From contig NC_042998.1 in the NCBI RefSeq assembly GCF_006345805.1, positions 134,726,001 to 134,790,000 on the forward strand: a stretch of 64,000 nucleotides of DNA, given 5' to 3'. Every line of letters begins with the position of its first letter. Position 1 is the stretch's first letter. The stretch is from Octopus sinensis. Taxonomy: Eukaryota. This document shows positions 50,495-62,364 of the stretch, piece by piece. The translations under genes and the position numbers were made by a program. The notes under the pieces are model-generated. The model did no database searches and had not been told where the DNA came from. It was given only the letters and a program-made list of their open reading frames with translations.

Positions 50495-50534
50495 ATATCT
50501 GAAGAAGGAATTTTTATATTCCGAAATATTATAT
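50495..50534 (+). ncRNA. Minimal type I hammerhead ribozyme motif
   Basis: AUAU-CUGAAGA-A-GGAAU-UUUUAU-AUUCC-GAAA-UA-UU-AUAU. Palindromic stem III AAUAUU, and stem I is only 4 bp. Confidence 0.6.
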
Positions 50535-50682
50535 CAGACTATGGATGATTGAATTACACCAGTTATTATAGTGCATTGTTGTGCCATTCAAAACACATTA
50601 TTACGATTTATTATTATTGTTTACAAGCAATACACACTGCTTCAAGCGAACTACAATACTCTCCTATACATACATACATACA

Positions 50683-50718
<36 letters not shown>

Positions 50719-51233
50719 TATATTATATATATATATATATTTTTTTTTTTTTAACTTGTTTCAGTCATTTGACTGCGGCCATGCTGGAGCACCACCTTTT
50801 AGTCGAGCAAATCGACCCTGGGACTTATTCTTTGTAAGCCCAGAACTTATTCTATCGAACAGCTAAGTGACGGGGGACGTAAACACACCAGCATCGGTTG
50901 TCAAGCAATGCTAGGGGAACAAACACAGACACACAAACACACACACATATATATATATATACATATATACGACAGGCTTCTTTTAGTTTCCGTCTACCAA
51001 ATCCACTCACAAGGCATTGGTCGGCCCGGGGCTATAGCAGAAGACACTTGCCCAAGATGCCACGCAGTGGGACTGAACCCGGAACCATGTGGTTGGTTAG
51101 CAAGCTACTTACCACACAGCCACTCCTGCGCCTATTAAGTACCAGTTACGCACTGGGGTCGATGTAATCGACTTAATCCCTTTGTCTGTCCTTGTTTGTC
51201 CCTTCTGTGTTTAGCCCTTTGTGGGTAGTAAAG

Positions 51234-51271
<38 letters not shown>

Positions 51272-51622
51272 GTAAAATATGAAAAATCAACGAAAATGCA
51301 CATTGTAAATAAAAAAAGGCTTTTTATGACAAGTAACGACAAATATATACATTTAGATTGACTGAGGTAGTAATAAAAGTCATAAAAGTCATTATTATGA
51401 GATGATTATAAGATGATTATAAAGTCAGAAAACAAGCGTACCATGATTTCCGCAAGCTATTCATCGCTTTAAAAACACCGGCTAATACACGGTGTCAGGT
51501 CTAATAGTTCCTGAGAAAAAAGATTATTTGTAAGGGAGGTAAGTAGTTCTGGATTTAGAGATGTGAGTGATGTAGGGAGTTATATTTTCTTTTTGTTACA
51601 TATTTCTACTATATTATATATA

Positions 51623-53373
51623 TATCTATACAATATGTTACATTACTCGGTAGTCAAGATAAAACTCTGAGTTTCAGATGCCGAAGTGGAAATCCACAAC
51701 ACCATCTCATCGGTTATCTGGCTATTTGAAAACGTTATGAAAAAATATACCGTTAAAAATGAAGGGAAATTACTCTGTTATAACTCTGCTTTGCCTGCGT
51801 ACTTATACATCGCTCGCATTTTTCGTCATAAAAATTATATAAAAAGTACATAAAAATATATAAAAATATATTAAAATATATAAAATCTTCTTGGGACATA
51901 ACACAGAAAGCATGTTCTATCCGTTTTCTTTAGGGGAACAAAAACGTAACAGAAATTTAGTCACATGTGGGCATGATCCGAAAAGCTCTGTCCTTGTATT
52001 TAGACATGTGGTAGGTCTAAGCTGCTTTTCCAGATAGCCATCTCTCCATGTCGCATAAACCGCACCTTCCGCTGCCGTTAGTATAGGGCTTACATCTGGC
52101 CAAAATCTTCCATTGTATGTTATAATCGACACCTTTATCTCTTAAAGACCAAATATGATTGGATAATTGTGTCGCTTTTCTTTTGTTCCAGTGCCTAAAG
52201 CTCAAAGTGTGGTTATTGAACCTGGCCTTGAAATTACCCTCTGTCAGGCCCACGTTTTCTTCGTCGAAACGGTGTCTTTAGTGGTTATAGAGTTTACGGT
52301 AGCTTCATATATGATGGTCTTGGACATGCAAGCTCCATTTAGCGGGCACAATTCTTTATTCCTGCATGAATAGCTGTTTTCTTCTTGTGTTTTTTGTATG
52401 TTATGATTGATTATGTTTTTAAAATTGGTAGTTGAACTAAAACTAATTTTTAAATTGTGTCTATTGAAGAGTTCCTATAAGCATGGTTAACTGGAAAATG
52501 TCTATCTATCAGTGCTAGGAATATTTACCTATATTGAAGGCCACCTCGGGTGAGTAAGGGGGCGTAAACCAGATGACCTTCCTATTTCTATTATTCCTTT
52601 TCCTTATTGTTGGGCTGGTGATAGGTGTATATTTTATTTTTCGCTAAAACCACTATCTTTTAAAGCTTTATTATAAACTGGGGCAACGCTATTGAAGATG
52701 TCCTCATTAGATGAGAGCTAGAAATCCTCTTACTAATATTTTTAACTAATTTTTGAATACTATAGGGGGATGGCATGAACCTACATTAATATAACTTAGT
52801 CTATCATGGGCTTCCTATAAGGCTATAAATATATTATTAAGATCTAAGGAAACGTCTAAGAAATTGACAACCGTCAGGTTAGTGTCTATAGTTATACTAA
52901 GTCCGAAGTGTTCATTAACTGGATAATATCCTTCCTAAAACGATCTTGTGCTGGTCCATTTGTATTAGCTGTTAAGGCGAGGGCATCATCTTTGTAGATG
53001 GCGAAATGTACGTTAGGGAATGTCTTACCGAAGGTATCTAGGAGAAAGAGTCCAATTAGATCACAGATGCCTGCCCCATCATATGAACCCATGCTCACAT
53101 CGAAAGCGCCCTCCGTGTCGGGTTTGTTTTTACCCACTTTGCATTCTCACTGAAAAGTAATGTCTTTCTAGCATGGAAGATTATATCCTTATCATTGGTA
53201 CTAATTTCTATGAAGTCACTAGCGAAGATTAGGGCTTTATCTAGCAGTTCTTTAGAGATAGAGGCATAAAAATCAACAATATCGAATTGTGTAAACCTCG
53301 CTTTTTTCTTATTCTTAATAGCTTTAAACCAGTCTACGACTTCTATACTATTGGACCATTGCACTAGCCTATT
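51623..53373 (-). mobile_element. Neptune-like PLE, inverted 5'-truncated copy
   Basis: Reverse complement of about 54175-55922. RT motifs FDIVDFY, MGSYDG, YKDD. GIY-YIG region GLTEGNFKARFNNH...CGLC. Confidence 0.88.
51657..51719 (-). ncRNA. HHR variant in the Neptune pLTR (inverted copy)
   Basis: Reverse complement of 55826-55888. Confidence 0.6.
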
Positions 53374-55984
53374 TACATAATATTGAGGTCTCTTTCTTTC
53401 TTTTGTTATCTTACCGTTTTATCAATAAATCACTCCCGGACGACGTTATTCTAAACTAAAGAGCTAATACGACCTTTTTGGGATTATCGCCTAACATCGG
53501 TGAGGACTCTCACAACAAAAGAATCTAATATGGACGCATATCACTAGATTATTCTATGAAAATATACCGATCCCTATCAAAGGATTTTTACTCTAAGAAA
53601 CTTCTGCAAAAAATTACTGATGTAATTAGCGTATGAGATGGAAGGCTTTCTTTTTTGACAACAGAAGCGAACACCAAGGAAAACATTTTCTATCGGATAA
53701 AATCCAAAAAATCCCTCCTAGGATAAAGGCTTGAAGATTTCGAAGCGGACCTGCTGAAGATCATGAGCAAAATAAGTTTCGAAGTCTTTAACAATTTCCA
53801 ACCTAAATGAAAAAAGTATTGATCATATAAAAAGCTCCAAGAAAAAAGCACTTTTTTCGGATAAAACCAAGAACTTATACTGGTAGAAACAGCAAATACA
53901 CACACTCTTACACAACCGCATCATAATAATTATACTAAGGCTAGGGCACAGATAAATAACGAATTAATAAAGAAGCTAGCGTCATCGCCGCTAAACTTAA
54001 ATTAGATAAAAAAATAGAAACCTCCCCAAAAAGAGGCCTTTATTACTATTAAAGCCACAAAGAAAACTTCCTTTCCAACCCCTAAATGTAGGCTTATCAA
54101 CCAGCCAAGTCAGAACTAGGGATTATTAGCAAAGAAACTTTAGATAAAATAAATACGAAAATTAAGACCGATACTAGGCTAGTGCAATGGTCCAATAGTA
54201 TAGAAGTCGTAGACTGGTTTAAAGCTATTAAGAATAAGAAAAAAGCGAGGTTTACACAATTCGATATTGTTGATTTTTATGCCTCTATCTCTAAAGAACT
54301 GCTAGATAAAGCCTAATCTTCGCTAGTGACTTCATAGAAATTAGTACCAATGATAAGGATATAATCTTCCATGGTAGAAAGACATTACTTTTCAGTGAGA
54401 ATGCAAAGTGGGTAAAAAACACCGACACGGAGGCGCTTTCGATGTGAGCATGGGTTCATATGATGGGGCAGGCATCTGTGATCTAATGGGCTCTTTCTCC
54501 TAGATACCTTCGGTAAGACATTCCCTACGTACATTTCGCCATCTACAAAGATGATGCCCTCGCCTTAACAGCTAATACAAATGGACCAGCACAAGATCGT
54601 TTTAGGAAGGATATTATCCAGTTAATGAAACACTTCGGACTTAGTATAACTATAGACACTAACCTGACGGTTGTCAATTTCTTAGACGTTTCCTTAGATC
54701 TTAATAATAATATTTATAAGCCTTATAGGAAGCCCAATGATAGACTAAGTTATATTATGTAGGTTCATGCCATCCCCCTTAGTATTCAAAAATTTAGTTA
54801 AAAATATTAGTAAGAGGATTTCTAGCCTCTCATCTAATGAGGACATCTTCAATAGCGTTGCCCCAGTTTATAATAAAGCTTTAAAAGATAGTGGTTTTAG
54901 CGAAAAAATAAAATATACACCTATCACCAGCCCAACAATAAGGAAAAGGAATAATAGAAATAGGAAGGTCATCTGGTTTACGCCCCCTTACTCACCCGAG
55001 GTGGCCTTCAATATAGGTAAATATTTCCTAGCACTGATAGATAGACATTTTCCAGTTAACCATGCTTATAGGAAACTCTTCAATAGACACAATTTAAAAA
55101 TTAGTTTTAGTTCAACTACCAATTTTAAAAACATAATCAATCATAACATACAAAACACAAGAAGAAAAAACAGCTGTTCATGCAGGAATAAAGAATTGTG
55201 CCCGCTAAATGGAGCTTGCATGTCCAAGACCATCATATATGAAGCTACCGTAAACTCTATACCACTAAAGACACCGTTTCGCGACGAAGAAATACGTGGG
55301 CCTGACAGAGGGTAATTTCAAGGCAGGTTCATTAACCACACTTTGAGCTTTAGGCACTGGAACAAAAGAAAAGCGACACAATTATCCAATCATATTTGGT
55401 CTTTAAGAGATAAAGGTGTCGATTATAACATACAATGGAAGATTTTGGCCAATGTAAGCCCTATACTAACGGCAGCGGAAGGTGCGGTTTATGCGACATG
55501 GAGAGATGGCTTATCTGGAAAAGCAGTTTAGACCCTACCACATGTCTAGATACAAGGACAGAGCTTTTCGGATCATGCCCACATGTGACTAATTTCTGTT
55601 ACGCGTTTTTGGTCCCCTAAAGAAAACGGATAGAACATGCTTTCTGTGTTATGTCCCAAGAAGATTTTATATTTTTTATATATTTTTATATATTTTTATG
55701 TATTTTTATAATTTTTATGACGAAAAATGCGAGCGATGTATAAGTACGCAGGCAAAGCAGAGTTATAACAGAGTAATTTCCCTTCATTTTTAACGTATAT
55801 TTTTTCATAACGTTTTCAAATAGCCAGATAACCGATGAGATGGTGTTGTGGATTTCCACTTCGGCATCTGAAACTCAGAGTTTTATCTTGACTACCGAGT
55901 AATGTAACATATTGTATAGATAAATTCCTCTATTTACATAATATTGAGGTCTCTTTCTTTCTTTTGTTATCTTACCGTTTTATC
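53371..55984 (+). mobile_element. Neptune-like PLE, about full length, frameshifted
   Basis: N-terminal SMKNIP, CRLIN, RT, CSC...CPLNGAC linker and GIY-YIG. 53371-53423 is repeated at about 55932-55984. Ends in (TA)n. Confidence 0.88.
55826..55888 (+). ncRNA. HHR variant in the Neptune pLTR (sense to HYKK-B)
   Basis: AGAUAA-CCGAUGA-GAUG...(GUGG/CCAC hairpin)...CAUC-U-GAAA-CUC-A-GAG-UU-UUAUCU. Confidence 0.62.
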
Positions 55985-55988
55985 TCAT

Positions 55989-56060
<72 letters not shown>

Positions 56061-56113
56061 ATGTCTGTCTAAATTTGATATATATATATATAAGTGTGTG
56101 TGTTTTCTATCTA

Positions 56114-56291
56114 GATTTTCATCATTCATATTTCGACCAAACATCAACCAGCAGCTGGAGTCTAACCGCTGTTCCAAGACTTAAGGAATATGCTGCCGCT
56201 ATTGAAGACGATAGAGATCGAAAGCTAATAACGGATATTGTTGATGCATTCATTGAAGAAATCATTCCTGTCATGCCAAAATTTCAACCAG
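56114..56291 (+). CDS. HYKK: HYKK-like copy B, exon 4 (acceptor lacks one G, frameshift as assembled)
   Basis: TATCTAGATTTT here versus TATCTAG|GATTTT in copy A. The rest of the exon is open, and the donor is CCAG|GTAAAC. Confidence 0.85.
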
Positions 56292-56644
56292 GTAAACTCA
56301 CCTAATATTAACATTTTGTTTCTTTATAATAATTTAGTCAGAAAAGGTGGGACAGAGCCCATAACCGTTTTAAGTTTTTCTTAAGCAAAGTGGTGAGCTT
56401 GATGCTGTTGGTGTTCATCTTGAACATAGTTGTAAGTCGATACTTGAATGAAAAACTTTACTGGAGAGAAATTTCCTGTGAGTTGCATCTATGTTATGGA
56501 AAGACTGGGTGAAGTGTTTAATGCATGATCTACAGGACGAGACAGAGTACAGGTGATAAAAAAAGAAAGCTAGTAGGCTGGATGAAGCTGAATGGAGTGA
56601 GTGTGTGCAACCATCTTGATATATATATATATATATTATATATA

Positions 56645-56804
56645 TCCTATTTTTTCTCTCCTTGTCTTTTCTGTGTACCTTTCTGTAGAAGAGCGTAGGC
56701 TCGAAACGTAAAAGACTTTTTCTATTCCTGAGCGCTATACTAATACATCTGTTTATTTGTACACCACCTGCCTTCGTCTTTTGTTTATTTTCGTAAACTT
56801 TCCC

Positions 56805-56810
<6 letters not shown>
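56645..56810 (+). mobile_element. pLTR-like repeat with HHR variant at 56679-56714
   Basis: CUUU-CUGUAGA-A-GAGC-GUAG-GCUC-GAAA-CG-UA-AAAG, with an A6U core change. Embedded in (TA)n. Confidence 0.6.
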
Positions 56811-56880
<70 letters not shown>

Positions 56881-56980
56881 ATATACACACATACATATAC
56901 ATACATACATACATACATACATACATACATACATACATACATACATAATACATACATACATACATACATACATACATACA

Positions 56981-57015
<35 letters not shown>

Positions 57016-57913
57016 CATATATATATTGAAAATGAACTGAGATTGTTTTCTCACTCGAGTTTCACGCCACTGCGATCTTCAGGCAAGAACTGTTACAACT
57101 CGATATTGGTGGTGTATTTATATCCTTTGCTGTGTGGTCTAGTGGCTGTGTTTGTTTATTACTCTGCTTTTTATACTTATTGATTGGGGGAGGTGTTTTT
57201 CTGGCTTCATTATTGATTATTTTGGGATTTCTTGCAATCGTAAATGAGAGTGTATGGTATTAATTTGCTTGAGATATGTTAGTGTATTGGTGAGCTGATA
57301 ACGAGGCGAATTTTCTTCTTTTTTTCATGTGTGTGCGTGCAAGGTTGTAAATAGATATTGTTTTATATGTGGATTGTACCTATTTCTTTCTAGATCATAG
57401 ATTTAATACTTCATCCAATTTTACACAAACACTTAACTTTTGGGAGAGTTCACTGTATCATAAGCATTTGGAATAGATCTCAAGTTAACCAATCATCTTA
57501 GTGTATCACTGCCTAAAGAATCAGCTAATGAATTCTTATTTCTTCTTCACACAACCATGACAACACATCATGGATGCTAAACATCTTCCTCTATAACGTC
57601 ATGAAAGTGTTGTTTTCCTAACCCTTTGCCTATCCAAAGCATTTTCATAAGTTTATCCTAAACGTCCATGCTTGTTTTCAGACTTTTAGTTAGCCCTTGT
57701 TTCCTATGTTTTAATATAAAGCATTCCTTACATAAGTTCCAAGTTATTCTGGTGATTAAAAAATAATTGAGAATGTGTATCATATACGATGTATGGACAC
57801 CAGGGAAATATATTCTGTATATCACATATGATACACAGGCCAGGCAAAAGGTTAACGTTGAAATACCTACTTCGTTCTTGGTTCTGTCTAATATCTAATT
57901 ATTTCTTTCCCAG

Positions 57914-58407
57914 GTCAAATCCACGGTGACCTCAGTGATTTGAACGTTTTAGTCGAGGAACGCCATTCATCTATTAAACAAGAATCCAGTAATGAAAGCA
58001 TAACATCGCAAAAGAATAAACCTGATTTTGTTATATCAGGAATGATCGATTTTGCCGATGCTAGTTTTTCATATTTCATATATGACATTGCCATAGCTTT
58101 AGCTTACATGATGACTAGCAACAAACAGGTCGATGCAATCAATGTCAGTGGCCATACATTAGCTGGCTATTTGTCGGAATTTCATATGAACTCAGCTGAA
58201 CGTAATGCTTTGCTTTTGTTAATCTGTTGTCGAATTTCCCAAACTTTGGCTATTGGTTGGTACACGTATGTAAGAAATCCTTCTAATGATTATCCATTGG
58301 TAACAGCTGCCACTGGCTGGCCTCTCCTTCACAGTATTTGGAAGAAACCAAGAGACGAAATTGAAAAGGAATGGGATTTCATCATTAAATCTTACGAAGA
58401 ACACTGA
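57914..58407 (+). CDS. HYKK: HYKK-like copy B, last exon
   Basis: Acceptor tttcccag. IHGDLSDLN and MIDFAD. Stop at the same position as copy A. Confidence 0.92.
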
Positions 58408-58737
58408 GATGGCAGAATACAATATACGACAAACTGCTTAACACTGTTTCACCGAGTCCTTATAACTTTTTAATTCAAATTCCACCAAGGTCCACTTTGC
58501 CTTTCATCTTTCCGAAATCTATAAAATGCGCACCATTCATATTATTCTTTTTTCTGGTTTCAACCATTGGACTGCGGCTATACTGTGGTACTGCTTTCGA
58601 CGGTTTTAGTTGATCGTGTCGACCCCTGTACTTGTTTGAGAATAGTAATAATGTTTTATCGCTCTCTCCTTATCGAATAGCTAAGTTTTGAATAGAAACG
58701 TCCTTTCATATCAAAAATTCGTTTAATAGAGATCGAT

Positions 58738-58770
<33 letters not shown>

Positions 58771-59510
58771 CCGAATTTCTCAATTCTCCTCTATGTTGTT
58801 TTTTTATTTTTTATTCATAAAGGAACATTATATTTTCCGTTAAAATAAAAGTCAGTTATCTAAAAATAAAAAGTCTTATTTTTTATTAACTTTATGTCAT
58901 TGGAAAAACAAAATAAATATATGTACGAAATAAAATATATACGAAATTAATATATGTACAAAATAAATATATGTACTTATATTAGGTCGTCAAGTATGAA
59001 ATATGTAGAAAGGAAAAAAAGTTTGCTAATGTTTTATAAATACAATGAACAGTTTTATTCATCAAAGTATGCACCCATATTGTCAATATACTTTTGCCAT
59101 TTCAGTGGTAGCTTATCCAGCCCGGAACTGTAAAAACCTGGCAACCTAGAGTCAATAAAATCTTGGAAGGCCTGTTTTACAGTATCATTGGAATTAAATT
59201 TTTTCCTATCAAAAAATTATCTAAATTCTGGAAGACGTGGTAGTCAGTGGGGGCAAGATCAGATGAATATGGTGGATGATGGAGAACTTCTAACTCCAAA
59301 TCCTGTAGTCCTTAGAATATTTTGCCAAAATACTACCTGGATTTATCTGGGATTTTAACTAAAGACCTGTACCTTCATGGAAGTACCGACCAACATCCAT
59401 ATCCTCTGGGAAAAGATGAGTTATGAACATTATTCTCCTGCCTATATTCTTCTAACTACTTTTATTCTTTATTCTTCTATTTCATTCCCCATAAGCTGTG
59501 AATTTTATTC

Positions 59511-59610
59511 NNNNNNNNNNNNNNNNNNNNNNNNNNNNNNNNNNNNNNNNNNNNNNNNNNNNNNNNNNNNNNNNNNNNNNNNNNNNNNNNNNNNNNNNNN
59601 NNNNNNNNNN
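59511..59610. other. Assembly gap (100 N)
   Basis: Directly visible. Confidence 1.
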
Positions 59611-59810
59611 TTCAGACTGGCCATGACCATTCCGGTATCACTCCTGATGGTGTCAAGCCAGCGGGTTCTTGGTCGGCCTCTTCCTCTCTTGCCACTGACC
59701 ATTCCGAGCATGATGTCCTTCTCCAGGGATTCTCTCCGCATAATATGACTGAAATATGCCAATCTACGCTTGGTGATCCCAGCTTCTAGTGACATTTTTG
59801 GCCTTATCTG
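59611..59810 (-). mobile_element. RTE-like LINE C-terminal fragment
   Basis: RLAYFSHIMRR...KRGRGRPRTRWLD. Confidence 0.75.
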
Positions 59811-60337
59811 CTTAAGAACTTAAGAACATATATATATATATATACATATATAGATACATACATATATATACACATACATACATATATATATATAGATGTA
59901 TATATAAATACATATACATATGTGTTTATGCCCCCATAATTTATCAGTTCAGCAAAAGAGACCAATAGAATAAGTACTGGGGTTAATTTCTTTGACTAAA
60001 ACCCTTATGGTGGTGCTCCAGCTTGGTCATAGTAAAATGACTGAGACAAGTAAAATAATAGAAGAATATTCATACATACAACAGGTTTCTTTCAATTTCC
60101 ATCTACGAAATCCACACACAAGGCTTTGGTTGCCCAGGGCTAAAGAAGACATTTTTCCAAAGTGCCATGTGGTTGGGAACTGAATTTTTTAACTACACAG
60201 CCATATTAGATTAAGAATTTGATTGAGAAAATATCTGTTAAGAAATTTGAAATGTATCTGAATAGAAACTCATTTACAGGTAATTTTCCTTTTAAACTGC
60301 TTTTGAAATTACCAGAGATAAGTGACGATATGCAATG

Positions 60338-61354
60338 TACGAGATCTGATCAGTAAGTATCCGGACTGTTGCCATAGTAACAAAGATAAAGCACGTGGAG
60401 TGAAGGTGCTTGGCAAAGACTGACCTTGAACTCTGCTGTGCATATGTACTAAGTTTTAAAGTTCTAGCTTCTGCTGTTTACAATAGTGTTTGGAAGGAAG
60501 GTGTGTAGCATGTGATTGTCATATTGACCATAACAGAGAAAGTTGTCATGGCGATATCTGTTCAGAGGCCTACGCAAAGTTGCAGAAAGTGTATGAGCTG
60601 CACACAAGTGTAGAAGTGGTTCAGACGTTTCCATAATGGCCGAAAAAATGTTCTGGGAGACCTGCAACCAGCAGAACTGAGAAAAGCATCACAAATGTAT
60701 ATGCAGCTGGAAATAACAGCCAAATCTCTCTCAATGTCATACGCTAACGTTATATAAATGAGAGGACACATTGGATAAGATGGAAAAAAATATGCACACA
60801 CATGTATGTATTCCCTATAAAAGAACTTTCTGTTTTTCTCACTCACCTTTCTAATCTTTTATATTTTCCTCTCATTCATTACAGCAGAACTGAGAAAAAC
60901 ATCACAAATGTACATGCAGTTGTGAGAGGAAATCACTGAATCACCATCTGCGAGTTATCAGAGGATATGCAGATTAGTTACGTCTCAGTTCAGTCCATTA
61001 TCAGTGAAGATTTGGGTATGACATGCGTGTCTGCTAAGTTTGTGCCAAAACTGCTTTTGGCTGGCCAAAAAGACATTTGGGTTTCAGTTGCACAAGATCT
61101 CCTTGATTGTGTCAAGAATGATGAAAACTTTGCATAGGCCTGAGCAAGTATTACCAAGCTTCTGGCAAAACTTGATATGCTACACACCCTCCTTCGAAGC
61201 ACTGCTGTAAACAGTGGAAATGAGCTAGAACGTTAAAACTTAGTGTGCATAAACAGCAGAGTTCAAAGCCAATCTGTGCTAAGCGGCTTCACTCTTCATA
61301 CTTTAGCTTTGTTATTATGCCAACAGTCCAGATACTTATTGATCAGACCATGTA
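60338..61354 (+). mobile_element. Internally deleted mariner
   Basis: TA-flanked imperfect TIRs of about 50 bp (CGAGATCTGATCAGTAAGTATCCGGACTGTTG). EDLGMTCVSAKFVPKLL. Confidence 0.82.
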
Positions 61355-62237
61355 GATGTCCTTTATAACACAAGCTGTTTTAGTGAAATTCTACCCACAG
61401 ATATCTTCAAAGATCAATAGTCTAACATTTTAAGATATTCTTTAACATTATTTGAATAGATGCCATTTGCTTGGATGTTATATATTCTCACAAATAACTT
61501 TTTTATTTATTTCACACACCAATATGATAGAAAAGTATCTATCAATTGGTGACATGCCCTGGAGAAGTGGGTAAAAGCAACAGACCTAAATAAGTCTCAC
61601 AGAAAAATTCATCTGTTACTTTTCCAATTCTACCATCTTTACTCTATGACAAATAATAGACATCATAACAGAAGTAGAATGATTTATCTTTATGACCCCT
61701 TCCCCCCAGTTTTTATTGGGGGGACAACTTCTTGCAAATATTTAGTGCCCATTTATTTCATTATCATCATCGTCCATTATTCCATGCAAGCTTAGATCAG
61801 ATGAAATTTGTTGAGGTACATTTTCTATGGCTGGATGCCCTTCCTGTTGCCAACCCTCACCTGTTTCCAAGCAGAGTAATATTTCCCCATGACCAGAAAT
61901 GTTTCCATGGAAAATTGGAAATGAAGAACACTGTTTGCTTGATGGCAACACTTGTTTACAACTATCATGAAAGTTTAAGGCAAGGAGACACATACACACA
62001 TTCTTTTACTCGTTCCAGTCAGTTTATTCTGACCATGCTGGAACACCACCTTGAATGGTTATAGTTGAATAAATCGACCCCAGTGATTATGCTATCAGTC
62101 TCTTTTTGCTGAACTGCTAAGTTACAGGGGTAAGTAAACACACCAACACTGGTTGTCAAGCAGTGAAACTGAACCCAGAACCATGTGGTTGGGAAGGAAG
62201 TATTTTTACCACACAGCCACACCGTTACATATATATA

Positions 62238-62284
<47 letters not shown>

Positions 62285-62364
62285 TATAATGAGCTTTTTT
62301 TAGTTTCTGCCTATGAAAATCTACTTACTAAGCAATGGCTGGTTTGAGGTTATAGTAGAGAGCA

